A stretch of 26,663 nucleotides of DNA. It comes from a virus. Lineage: Duplodnaviria; Caudoviricetes. Below, piece after piece: positions 15,661 through 24,072 of this stretch. The stretch is from the IMG/VR virus record IMGVR_UViG_3300037423_001658, positions 1 to 26,663 of that record. One strand, written 5' to 3'. Each line of letters opens with the position of its first letter. Within the stretch, counting starts at the first letter, position 1. A program made the translations under genes and the position numbers. The notes below the pieces were generated by a model, which saw only the letters and a program-made list of their open reading frames with translations, did no database searches and was not told the DNA's origin.

Positions 15661-17955
15661 TCAGACGAACGGGACGTCGTCTTGCGGTCCCACGACAGGC
15701 CCTGCCGGCGCCCGCTCGCGCCACCACTCGGGCGCGATGAAGACCTTCGAAACCTTGCCCTCGAACCGCTCGATGTTCGGTATCCAGCCGAGCGCGCGGA
15801 GGCACGCGCCAGCGATGCGAGCGTGCCGCGGTTCCTGCCGATCGGCGTCCAGCTTAACGCCGTCCTTCAGCACGCGAGCGACCGACACTTTCTCGACCTG
15901 CTCAGCCCGGAGCCAGCTTTCCAGCACCGGCTCCCACGGGTGAACCTCGCGGCGCTTCGCCTGTTCGGCCTTCGCTTCGGCAATGTCGTCGTCGCTATCG
16001 AGATGCCACTTCTCGCCGGCGACGAACGCGGCAACGGCTTCGGCCCATAGCTGATCGCGGTCGCGCAGGATCGCGTCCGTGTCGATGCGCGTCGTCTCGA
16101 TAGGCCAGAAGCGCCGTGCGCCCGTCGGGTCGCGCAGATAGCCGCCCTCTTCCGGGTTCACCGTGCCCCAAAACACCGAGCGGCGCGGGACCTGGATGGG
16201 GAGTCGGCCGAACGGCGGGCGGAATTTGTCGACGAGGCGGGACAGGAACTGCTTCACGTCCTTGACGTCCGCCTTCGACAGCGCCGACAGCTCGGCCACT
16301 TCGACGCACCATGCGCCCTGCAGCTGCTGGAAGCTGTCCTTCGAATGAAAGTCCGGCAGGTGGTCGATGAAGAACCGATCCCCGAACAGGTAGCGCAGCG
16401 CCGTCGACTTGCCGGTCCCCTGATCGCCCTCCAGCACCGGCATTGTGTCGTTCTTGCAGCCGGGGCTGAGAGCCCGGGCGACAGCACCGACGAGCGACTT
16501 GCGGCCGACCGTGTGCGTGTACGTCGTGGCCGGCGCGCCGAGATAGTCGGTCAGCCACGTGTCGATGCGCGGCTTGCGGTCCCACTTCAGGCCCTGCAGG
16601 TACTCGGTGAGCGGGTCGAATTGGTTGCGCCGAGCGTCGGCTTCCATTTCGTCCTGGACGTCGCCCTTCTTCGCCTTGAAGCGCTCCGCGTGCATGATCC
16701 GCCGGAATTCGGCGACGTGGAAATCCTCGAGGCTGTTGCCGTCCAGCTCCATCTCTTTCGTGAGCTGGTTGAAGCGGAGCCGACCTTTGAGGAGGCGATG
16801 GTTCGCAATGTAGATCGCCACGCCTTCGACGTTGTTGCCGTCCGGGTTGCCCGACGACGCCATTGGAATTGTCGCGCGCCAGCTTTCGTCCTGCACCCGG
16901 TCGATGGGGATGATCGCCGCGCCTGGCTCCGCGTCCTCCGCTTCGACCGAGCGCATGGCGCCGATGACTTGGCCGGCGACGGCTTTCTCGCCTTCGCGCA
17001 GGAACAAGTCGTTGAAGTCCGTCCGGTCGCGCGCTTGCCCATCCTTGAACACGGGCAGGATCCAGCGACAGCCGACCGCCTTCGCAGCGGCTTCGGCTTT
17101 CTTCCGGCCGACGTTCTCCCACGCGCGACCTTGCCCGCGCTCATCCCAATCGCTCGGCGCGATCGCGTCGTCGTCGGCTGCGATCATCAGCGTTGCGAGC
17201 GGGCGGTGCCGTGCGAAATCCTTGGCGACCGGGACGAGGTTCGAGGCGTTGAACGCAGCGACGACTGAGACACCGGTCGCTTGCCAGATCGAGAACGCCG
17301 TCGCCACGCCCTCGCAGATGACGATGAGCGAGGCGTCGCCTTTGATCGAGAAGAACGTCCCCTCGACGCGACCGCCCTTCAGGAACGTCTTCTTCCCGTC
17401 GCCGTCGATCAGCTGCAGGTTGGTGAGCTGCGGCTGGCCGTTCATGTCGAACGACCACATCGGCACCGCGAGCAGCCGAGTCCCGTCGCGAGCGGTGAAG
17501 ACGCGCAAGCCCCGTGGGACCGTGATCCCCTTGCGCTCCAGGTACGGATGCCCTTCGACGTCGCCGGACGAGCGACCCCATTTGTTGCTGGCGTCCTCCG
17601 CAATCTCGGCCTGGCGCGTCTCGCGAGCCTGAGCCGCTTCCGCCTTCATCTTCGCCTGTTCGCGCTTGATCGCGGCGCGCTCGTCCTTCGTCAGCTCGCC
17701 GCGCTCGGGATCATGGTAGAACCACTGATGCTGCTCGCCGAGCTTCCAGTCGCCGAACCAACCGACCGGATAGCGCCCCGTCTTCAGCTTGTAGAAGCCG
17801 TTGCCCTTGCCCGCTTTGTCGCCGGGAGCATCGAAGCGCACGAACCCCGGCGTGTCGGGCTGCACGGGTCCGTGGATGATGAAGCCGGCGCGCTCCATCT
17901 CCGCGCGAAACGCGCGTTCGACGTCCGATGATGAGGGGTCCGGGCGAGCGGCCAT
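15661..17955 (-). CDS. TOPRIM primase fused to a VapE-family helicase (764 aa)
   Basis: TOPRIM VICEGVATA, IAADDD, TDFNDL; helicase EGDQGTGKST, VEVAEL, FRPPFGR, GTVN, DPTGARRFWPI, RDQLWAEA. Confidence 0.93.
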   Translation of the reverse strand: MAARPDPSSSDVERAFRAEMERAGFIIHGPVQPDTPGFVRFDAPGDKAGKGNGFYKLKTGRYPVGWFGDWKLGEQHQWFYHDPERGELTKDERAAIKREQAKMKAEAAQARETRQAEIAEDASNKWGRSSGDVEGHPYLERKGITVPRGLRVFTARDGTRLLAVPMWSFDMNGQPQLTNLQLIDGDGKKTFLKGGRVEGTFFSIKGDASLIVICEGVATAFSIWQATGVSVVAAFNASNLVPVAKDFARHRPLATLMIAADDDAIAPSDWDERGQGRAWENVGRKKAEAAAKAVGCRWILPVFKDGQARDRTDFNDLFLREGEKAVAGQVIGAMRSVEAEDAEPGAAIIPIDRVQDESWRATIPMASSGNPDGNNVEGVAIYIANHRLLKGRLRFNQLTKEMELDGNSLEDFHVAEFRRIMHAERFKAKKGDVQDEMEADARRNQFDPLTEYLQGLKWDRKPRIDTWLTDYLGAPATTYTHTVGRKSLVGAVARALSPGCKNDTMPVLEGDQGTGKSTALRYLFGDRFFIDHLPDFHSKDSFQQLQGAWCVEVAELSALSKADVKDVKQFLSRLVDKFRPPFGRLPIQVPRRSVFWGTVNPEEGGYLRDPTGARRFWPIETTRIDTDAILRDRDQLWAEAVAAFVAGEKWHLDSDDDIAEAKAEQAKRREVHPWEPVLESWLRAEQVEKVSVARVLKDGVKLDADRQEPRHARIAGACLRALGWIPNIERFEGKVSKVFIAPEWWRERAPAGPVVGPQDDVPFV

Positions 17956-18221
17956 TAAATCCCCCGGCCGGTCGACGTGTGGTCGTAAAGGCGGCTCACC
18001 CGCGCGGTCGACTCCCGCACCGGAATGTCCTGAAAGGCAGCGTCCTTGACCAGCACCGGCGGGTTGTTGCCGAACATGGTTTCGACAGTTCCCGGCCGTG
18101 TCGCCATGAAATGGCGCCAGTCATCTGCGTTGAGATAGAACGCCTTTGGGAGACGCTTGCCCTTCCAGCGTAGGTCGAGAGCGGTCAGGGCCGCGGCCAT
18201 GCGGTCAAGAATAGTCACCAC
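17955..18221 (-). CDS. Hypothetical protein (88 aa)
   Basis: TAATG coupling to the primase-helicase gene; G-rich SD. Confidence 0.65.
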   Translation of the reverse strand: MVTILDRMAAALTALDLRWKGKRLPKAFYLNADDWRHFMATRPGTVETMFGNNPPVLVKDAAFQDIPVRESTARVSRLYDHTSTGRGI

Positions 18222-18612
18222 GCCACCCCCTCAAATGTGCGACCGCTTCCTCCGGCGAGCGGAAGACCCCGTAGCGCCCCCCGGCGCGTTCGAATGCGAT
18301 CTGAAACTTGCGCTGCTGCTCGGACTGCTGGCTGCGGCGGTCCTCAGTCTTCGCCTCCAGCGCGAAGCCGAACCCCAAGTCGCCGGCGCGCGCCACGCCG
18401 AGAATGTCACCCGAGCCGGGAAGCCCGAACGAAATCGGCCGCGCGTCGCGCAGCACGACCATGCCCGGCTTGATGGTCAGCGAGTAGCCGTTCGGCAGCG
18501 TCAGCCGCTGTCCCTGCCAACCCTGGCCCGTGTTGTTGCGCCACGCGAAGACGTCGGGCTCGGCCGTGACGCCGATGAGCCCTTCGGCAAGGATGCGCCG
18601 CTCGGAGGCCAC
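18205..18612 (-). CDS. VRR-NUC-type PD-(D/E)xK nuclease (135 aa)
   Basis: WRNNTG, FGLPGSGDILG, ALEAKT, SEQQRKF...GGRYGVFRSPEEA; GTG start overlaps the helicase stop. Confidence 0.88.
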   Translation of the reverse strand: MASERRILAEGLIGVTAEPDVFAWRNNTGQGWQGQRLTLPNGYSLTIKPGMVVLRDARPISFGLPGSGDILGVARAGDLGFGFALEAKTEDRRSQQSEQQRKFQIAFERAGGRYGVFRSPEEAVAHLRGWRGDYS

Positions 18613-20021
18613 TATGCCCGCCTCCGTTCGCGCGCGTAGGTCCACTTCTGCCGCATCGACCACTGGCGCATGGCCCAGCCGTTCTTGTACCCGCGCTGCT
18701 TGCCGAGCCTGATCCAGTCGCCGAGCGTCGCGCATGCGCGCTCTTCGGCCTTGCGCGCATCTTGCTCCCGGCGCTTGATGTCCAGCCGTTCGAGCTCGAA
18801 CAGCTGACCCTCTTCGAACGAGACGGGCCGCTCGCGTGCGGGGAAGACGACGCCGCAGCCGGGACAGTGGTCGGCGGTCGACGGCGAAACCTGATAGCAT
18901 TCGAGGCACTGGCGGACCGGCAGCGCATCGGACGGGCCCGACGCGCCGCGCTTGCCCTTCTTGCGTCCCTCCAGCGTCCAGGAGCGCTCGTCGTCCGGGA
19001 GCCCGTGCCGGAACGCGTTGCCGGCGTGATCGGCGATGACGGCGTGCGACTTGCCCGGCAGCACTCGCAGCGCTCGCCCTACCTGTTGCAAGTGTAGGGC
19101 GAGCGACTGCGTAGGCCGAGCGAGGCCAACGTATGAGACGTTCGGGACGTCGAACCCTTCGCCGAATAGCTCGCAGTTGCTGAGGATCGCAACGTCGCCG
19201 GCGCGGAAGGCGTCGACCGCGCGCTTGCGGTCGTTCCGGTTCATCGAGCCGTCGACGTGCGCCGCGCGGATCCCGGCCGCGACGAACGCCTCCGTCATCG
19301 AGCGGCTGTGCTCGCGGTCCACGGCGAAGACGATCCCCTGCAGCCCGTCCGCTAGCTTGCGGTACGTCTTCACGACGTCGCCGATCAGCTTGGCGTCCTT
19401 CATCACCGCCGCCAGGTCGCCGCGGTTGAAGTCGCCGCCCAGCACCTTGACCCCGGCGAGGTCCGGTTCGCCCGGAGCGAAGTACCGATATGGTGACAGA
19501 TAGCCGTCGGCGATGAGCCGCTTGACGCTGGGGCCGACGACCAGCTCGTCGAAGTGATCCTTGAGGCCGCGTCCGTCGAGCCGCTCCGGCGTCGCTGTGA
19601 GCCCGACCGTCTTCGCCGTCTCGTGCCCGGAGAGGCACTTCGCCCAGGTCGCGGCGACCATGTGGTGCGCCTCGTCCGGGACGATGAACCCGGGAGTGTC
19701 GGCTTCGTGCAGCCGCCGCGCCAGCGTGTCGATCGCGCACAGCTGGACCGGAGCGAAGCCGTTGACCGGATAGCCGGACGCCATGAACCCGTGCGGGATG
19801 CCGGCGTCGGTGAATTTCTCACTCGTTTGGTCGAGCAGCTCGCGGCGATGCACGCAGAACCAAGACTTGATTTCCCGCTTCGCCGCGCCGCCGAGCATCT
19901 CGGCCGCAAGCACGGTCTTACCCGCGCCGGTCGGCTGCTGGAGGAGAACGCGAGCAACGCCAGCCCGAAGGCGGGCGCGGACACGCTCTAGGTCCGCTTC
20001 CTGATACCCCCGCAGCCCCAT
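18612..20021 (-). CDS. Superfamily 2 DEAH helicase with C-terminal Zn finger (469 aa)
   Basis: PTGAGKT, DEAHH, GLTATP.RLDG, EGFDVP, QQVGRALR, CLEC...CPGC. Confidence 0.95.
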   Translation of the reverse strand: MGLRGYQEADLERVRARLRAGVARVLLQQPTGAGKTVLAAEMLGGAAKREIKSWFCVHRRELLDQTSEKFTDAGIPHGFMASGYPVNGFAPVQLCAIDTLARRLHEADTPGFIVPDEAHHMVAATWAKCLSGHETAKTVGLTATPERLDGRGLKDHFDELVVGPSVKRLIADGYLSPYRYFAPGEPDLAGVKVLGGDFNRGDLAAVMKDAKLIGDVVKTYRKLADGLQGIVFAVDREHSRSMTEAFVAAGIRAAHVDGSMNRNDRKRAVDAFRAGDVAILSNCELFGEGFDVPNVSYVGLARPTQSLALHLQQVGRALRVLPGKSHAVIADHAGNAFRHGLPDDERSWTLEGRKKGKRGASGPSDALPVRQCLECYQVSPSTADHCPGCGVVFPARERPVSFEEGQLFELERLDIKRREQDARKAEERACATLGDWIRLGKQRGYKNGWAMRQWSMRQKWTYARERRRA

Positions 20022-20671
20022 TAGGCCGCGACCCGCGCCGGCCGCGCAGTGCGCGCCATGCCCAACAGGAGATTGCGGAAGGGTTCAGGCGTCCCGATGC
20101 GCGGTGCGCTGTCCGTGCCGCCGCCGCGTGAGGCCACTTCGCCGCGGCGCTTCGCTTTCTCCAGCCCGATCCGCTCGACGACGATCGGATCCAGCTGCAT
20201 TTCGCTTTTGCCCCAGCGGAGGGACGGAAGCTCGTCGCACCCGACGGAGTAGAGCAGCGTCGGCTTGCGTGCATGGTGGCCATAGCGCCCCTGTTCGACG
20301 CAGCATGTCCAGCCGCCCTCAAAGTCGGCGACGATCCAGCCGCCCTCGCGCGGAGGAGTGTTCAGCCCAAAGTGCGGCCACGCCCGCGATCCCCACGGAT
20401 GCTCCAGCACCCCGCCCCACCGACGGACGGCCTTCAGTGCCGCGAGAAAGCAGCCGCCGTCGTCGCCGAGGCGCTTGCGTTGGCCGGTGAGTTTGATCGA
20501 GAGCGGCTGTCCCGCCCACAGCTTGCCCCAGCGCTGGCAGGGAGGGTGCGCCACGACCGGATGCGGCCCGGCGTAGAGACGAGCGTCGCGGGCTTCATCC
20601 CACGGGTCGACGTCAGTCAGGCCGTAATAGCAGCCGTTCGTTTCCACATAGAGCGCAGCGACGGTCCCCAC
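20021..20671 (-). CDS. Atypical DNA cytosine-C5 methyltransferase-like protein (216 aa)
   Basis: VVAHPPCQRW (motif IV-like), GGVLEHP (motif VI-like), QGRYGH.ARKPT (motif VIII-like); start set at GTG 20671. Confidence 0.7.
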   Translation of the reverse strand: MGTVAALYVETNGCYYGLTDVDPWDEARDARLYAGPHPVVAHPPCQRWGKLWAGQPLSIKLTGQRKRLGDDGGCFLAALKAVRRWGGVLEHPWGSRAWPHFGLNTPPREGGWIVADFEGGWTCCVEQGRYGHHARKPTLLYSVGCDELPSLRWGKSEMQLDPIVVERIGLEKAKRRGEVASRGGGTDSAPRIGTPEPFRNLLLGMARTARPARVAA

Positions 20672-20672
20672 G

Positions 20673-20957
20673 TCACTGCGGCGCCTGTTCGTCGTTTCCG
20701 GGAACGGCAGCTCGGCGCTTCGCCTCAGCCGCCGCGGCAAGCTCCTCGAGCGTCGCGATGCGCGCGTCGGCGAAGCCCTGCCAATAGGGACCGGGAATGC
20801 TGTCGTTGCGCTTCCAGCCCTTCACCGTGTTGCCGTCCACGGGCGGGTCCAGCGAGGCGCCGACCTTGGCGGGTCCACCGCCCCGGTCGATCAGTTCTCC
20901 ATGCGTTAATGTTTCGTTGTGGGACACCGCGTCAACGGCAATTTTTGCATGTTCCAT
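20673..20957 (-). CDS. cro: Cro-like HTH regulator (94 aa)
   Basis: Divergent from cI; LIDRGGGPAKVGASL....NTVKGWKRNDSIP.PYW HTH pattern. Confidence 0.85.
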   Translation of the reverse strand: MEHAKIAVDAVSHNETLTHGELIDRGGGPAKVGASLDPPVDGNTVKGWKRNDSIPGPYWQGFADARIATLEELAAAAEAKRRAAVPGNDEQAPQ

Positions 20958-21016
20958 TCATTCAGGTATATTTCATACCCACCCAACGTCAACTGCTTTT
21001 GGTAGGTTTTATACCC
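20958..21016. promoter_or_regulatory. cro-cI control region: leftward promoter (TTGACG) and two operators, 20964-20980 and 21000-21016
   Basis: AGGTATATTTCATACCC and TGGTAGGTTTTATACCC lie between the divergent cro and cI starts. Confidence 0.85.
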
Positions 21017-21670
21017 ATGTTTATGCTTAACGACGAATGCGTGACTGAACGCAGCGACAGATTGCGACGCGCCTTCATGGAGTCGAGCTTTGCCGCGAGC
21101 GGCTTGTCCGCCAGGGCGGCGGCGCGCCAGCTCGGTTGGAGCGAGGACACCTTCAAGGCTAACCTCAACGGCAACTCGCCCTTCAGCTTCGAGCAGGCGA
21201 AGCGCTACGCAGAGAAGTTCCGGGTCCGCGCCGAGTGGCTGTATGACGGATCCGGACCGATGCGCGAGATCGGCCGTCCGGCCCGCGCTCCGCAGGAAAT
21301 CCCCGTCATCGGCTGGGTCAGCGCAGGGAAGGTCGCTGACATCGGCCAGGTCGAGGAGGAGGATCGCTTCATCGCCGGCGGACTGCCCCCCGGTGAATAC
21401 TTCGCCACGGAGATCGTCGGCGACAGCGTCGATCGCATCGCGCCGGAGGGAGCGCGGATCATCGTCAACGCCGCCGACCGCAATCCGCGCGACGGCAAGT
21501 TCTACATTTTCGCGCACCACGGCGAGCCCACGGTCAAGCGCTACCGCTCCAAGCCAGTCCGCCGTCTCGAGCCATTCAGCACGAACCCGCAGCACGAACC
21601 CATCTTCATCGGCGAGAAGGGCTGGCGCTGCATCGGACGGGTCGTTCGCTCTGTAATCGACCTCTCGTAG
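21017..21670 (+). CDS. cI: CI-like repressor, HTH plus S24 peptidase
   Basis: HTH (SARAAARQLGWSEDTFKANLNG...EWLYDGSG), VSAG cleavage site, GDS serine and VKR lysine. Start at 21017, 21023 or 21041. Confidence 0.93.
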   Translation: MFMLNDECVTERSDRLRRAFMESSFAASGLSARAAARQLGWSEDTFKANLNGNSPFSFEQAKRYAEKFRVRAEWLYDGSGPMREIGRPARAPQEIPVIGWVSAGKVADIGQVEEEDRFIAGGLPPGEYFATEIVGDSVDRIAPEGARIIVNAADRNPRDGKFYIFAHHGEPTVKRYRSKPVRRLEPFSTNPQHEPIFIGEKGWRCIGRVVRSVIDLS

Positions 21671-21688
21671 AAAAAATTTTGGGTGCAC

Positions 21689-21740
21689 GGGTATAAAATG
21701 CACCTTTCTTCTTGACGTCGGTAGGTATGAAATATACCCA
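21689..21740 (+). promoter_or_regulatory. Early rightward promoter (TTGACG at 21712) with operators 21689-21705 and 21723-21739
   Basis: GGGTATAAAATGCACCT and AGGTATGAAATATACCC flank the -35 element. Confidence 0.85.
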
Positions 21741-21764
21741 CAGGATACAGCCAAGGAGGTTCCC

Positions 21765-22004
21765 ATGACCCAACGCGATTTAATCGAGCATGGCGCTCGC
21801 TCGAAGGACCGCGATGACGCGATCCGCGAGAACAACGCCTCGAACACGGTGCTTGAAAGCGAGGCGCGGGTATCCGCCGCGATCAGCCTGAAGCGCATCG
21901 CCGACGCGCTGGAGGGCAGCACGGACCGCCACGGCATCAACGACATCGGCGCCACCCTCGCGCGGATCGAGCTCAACACGCGCAATGGGGAGAACCACTC
22001 GTGA
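21765..22004 (+). CDS. Hypothetical early protein (79 aa)
   Basis: First gene after the promoter; SD AAGGAGG; AISLKRIADALE motif. Confidence 0.8.
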   Translation: MTQRDLIEHGARSKDRDDAIRENNASNTVLESEARVSAAISLKRIADALEGSTDRHGINDIGATLARIELNTRNGENHS

Positions 22005-22153
22005 AGGAGCTTCCGCGCGACCCTCTAGCCTTCCAGTCACGCGTGTTCGGCGCGTTTTGCGAAGACCTGTTCGACATCGCCGCCGGCAAGTCGAAGCAGT
22101 GCGATCGCACGAACGCGCTCCGCGAAATCTCGAAGCGGAGCAAACAGTCGTGA
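22001..22153 (+). CDS. Hypothetical protein (50 aa)
   Basis: Not in the ORF track; GTGA-coupled at both ends; SD GGGGAG. Confidence 0.6.
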   Translation: MKELPRDPLAFQSRVFGAFCEDLFDIAAGKSKQCDRTNALREISKRSKQS

Positions 22154-22350
22154 GCTTCACGCCGGCTCAGCAGCGGCGAGCCTTTTACGACCGCTACCAC
22201 AAGTCGACGAGTGCGTCCGGCGTCCGCAAGCAGGACCCGCGCGTAACCGTCCCCGAGGACGTCCAGCGCATCATCGGCGACGGCTCGCCGTGCTTCATGT
22301 GCGAGAGCCGCGACCCGTGCCGTCATCGCCCGTGGATGCTGGCGTCATGA
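22150..22350 (+). CDS. Small putative Zn-binding protein (66 aa)
   Basis: GTG 22150; C-terminal CFMC-x4-PCRH. Confidence 0.6.
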   Translation: MSFTPAQQRRAFYDRYHKSTSASGVRKQDPRVTVPEDVQRIIGDGSPCFMCESRDPCRHRPWMLAS

Positions 22351-22532
22351 GCTGGCCGATCCGCGCCGAGTGCCCTCGCTGCTTCGGGATCACCAGCTGG
22401 TACGCTCGCTACGCGCGACCGGAGAACCGGTGCGCTTGTCCTACCGACGCGGAGTTGGATGAGGCCGAGCTGCTGGCGCCGGTCATCCGCGACGTCGCAC
22501 CCGACAACGGCAATCCCCGGATCGCCGCATGA
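22347..22532 (+). CDS. Small putative Zn-binding protein (61 aa)
   Basis: ATGA-coupled; CPRC...CAC. Confidence 0.6.
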   Translation: MSWPIRAECPRCFGITSWYARYARPENRCACPTDAELDEAELLAPVIRDVAPDNGNPRIAA

Positions 22533-22735
22533 TGCACGATCCGCCCTTCGACCCGGGATGCACCGGCAAGGCGCAGTACGTCAGCAAGGCCGATGCGATC
22601 CGCTGCCTCAGGGGCGTGAACAAACGCCTCTCCACGAAGGGCGGACGCGGCGGCGTGCATCCCTACCGCTGCGACCGCTGCAAGCGCTGGCACATCGGCA
22701 GCAACTCATTCCGCAACAAGGAGCTTCGCAAGTGA
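22529..22735 (+). CDS. Small Zn-finger protein (68 aa)
   Basis: CTGK.QY...YRCDRCKRWHIG. Confidence 0.75.
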   Translation: MMHDPPFDPGCTGKAQYVSKADAIRCLRGVNKRLSTKGGRGGVHPYRCDRCKRWHIGSNSFRNKELRK

Positions 22736-23505
22736 CCAACCCCTTCGACAACGCAGCCGCCGCCTTTGCGGAGCCGACGCAGCCCACGCCGGTCGCCGGC
22801 ACCGCCACCCAAGGCGTCGTCCACCACCATGACCTGGAGCAAGGATCCCCCGAGTGGTTCGCCGCGCGGTGCGGGCTCCTGACGGCCAGCGAAATGAAGC
22901 TGATCGTCACGCCGGCGACGCTCAAAGCCGCGTCGAACGACAAAGAGCGTGCTCATTTGTTCGAGCTCTTGGCCCAGCGCATCACCAAGTACGTCGAGCC
23001 CACGTACATCGGCGACGAGATGCTCCGCGGCTACGAGGACGAGATCGAGGCGCGGCGGCTCTACTCCGAGCGCATCGCGCCGGTGCACGAAGTCGGCTTC
23101 ATCACCAACGACCGCTGGGGCTTCACGCTCGGCTATTCGCCCGACGGACTGGTCGGCGAGCACGGGCAGATCGAATGCAAGTCGCGGCGCCAGAAATTCC
23201 ACGTCCAGGCCGTCATTGAGAACGTGTCGACCGGGACTTGCCCGACGGAATTCATGCTGCAGGTGCAGACCGGCTTGCTCGTTTCCGAGCGCCAGTGGTG
23301 CGACTTTTTGGTCTTCACCGGCGGACTGCCGATGATCCCCATACGGGTTTACCCGGACGAGGCGGTGCAGGGCGCGATCGTCATGGCCGCGTCCGCCTTT
23401 GAGGTCCGGCTGAAGCAGCAATGGGACCGCTACAAAAATGCGCTCGCTGGGGACGTCGTCGCGATCCCGACCGAGCGCAAAGTCGAAGAGGAAATGGTCA
23501 TATGA
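22732..23505 (+). CDS. YqaJ/lambda-exonuclease family protein (257 aa)
   Basis: LEQGSPEWFAARCGLLTASE, M.RG...E..AR, GYSPDGLVG, IECKS, QVQTGL.VSER.WCDF; GTG start 22732. Confidence 0.93.
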   Translation: MTNPFDNAAAAFAEPTQPTPVAGTATQGVVHHHDLEQGSPEWFAARCGLLTASEMKLIVTPATLKAASNDKERAHLFELLAQRITKYVEPTYIGDEMLRGYEDEIEARRLYSERIAPVHEVGFITNDRWGFTLGYSPDGLVGEHGQIECKSRRQKFHVQAVIENVSTGTCPTEFMLQVQTGLLVSERQWCDFLVFTGGLPMIPIRVYPDEAVQGAIVMAASAFEVRLKQQWDRYKNALAGDVVAIPTERKVEEEMVI

Positions 23506-24062
23506 CCGAGGAGTGGCGGCGCGTCCGTCGCAACCCAGCTTACGCCGTGAGCAATCTCGGCCGCGTGCGGCGCGTCTTTCCCGACGGCAAGGGCCGCGCT
23601 GGAGGCATCGTGCCTCAGCAGATCGGCTCGCACGGATACCCCGTTGTTCGCATCGTTCCCCTGTTCGGTAAGCCGAAGACTAGGCTCGTTCATCGCCTCG
23701 TCTGCGAGGCGTTCCACGGTCCACCGCCCTTCCTCGGAGCAGAGGTCGCGCACGGCGACGGTCGCCGCTCCAATCCACGGGCCGACAACCTTCGGTGGGC
23801 GTCGCGGATCGAGAACATGGCGGACTGCGTGCTGCATGGCACGAAAGCGACCGGCGCGAGGCATGGTCGCTTCACAAAGCCCGAGCGAACGCCGCGCGGA
23901 GAGCGGCATGGGCACGCCAAACTAACCCAAGCGGCGGTCCGTGCGATCCGCGCCGAGCCGCTCGGCAACGGCAGCGGCCGGCGATTGGCAGCAAAATTTG
24001 GGGTCAGCCCGGGGACCGTCTGCATGATCCGCGGCGGTCGCACGTGGCGCCACATCGACTGA
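23502..24062 (+). CDS. NUMOD4-HNH homing endonuclease with C-terminal HTH (186 aa)
   Basis: EEWR....Y.VSNLGRVR, VHRLVCEAFHG, H.DG...N....NLRW....EN, GERHGHAKLT, LAAKFGVS. Confidence 0.9.
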   Translation: MTEEWRRVRRNPAYAVSNLGRVRRVFPDGKGRAGGIVPQQIGSHGYPVVRIVPLFGKPKTRLVHRLVCEAFHGPPPFLGAEVAHGDGRRSNPRADNLRWASRIENMADCVLHGTKATGARHGRFTKPERTPRGERHGHAKLTQAAVRAIRAEPLGNGSGRRLAAKFGVSPGTVCMIRGGRTWRHID

Positions 24063-24072
24063 GGAAACCCAC

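Noticed and set aside
18613-19740. 511-aa ORF suggesting a large nuclease fusion
   Set aside because: Only the last 135 aa are VRR-NUC; the rest is an alternative frame of the helicase gene
20273-21016. 465-aa version of CI
   Set aside because: The extension runs antisense through cro and the operators; the repressor domain starts near 21017
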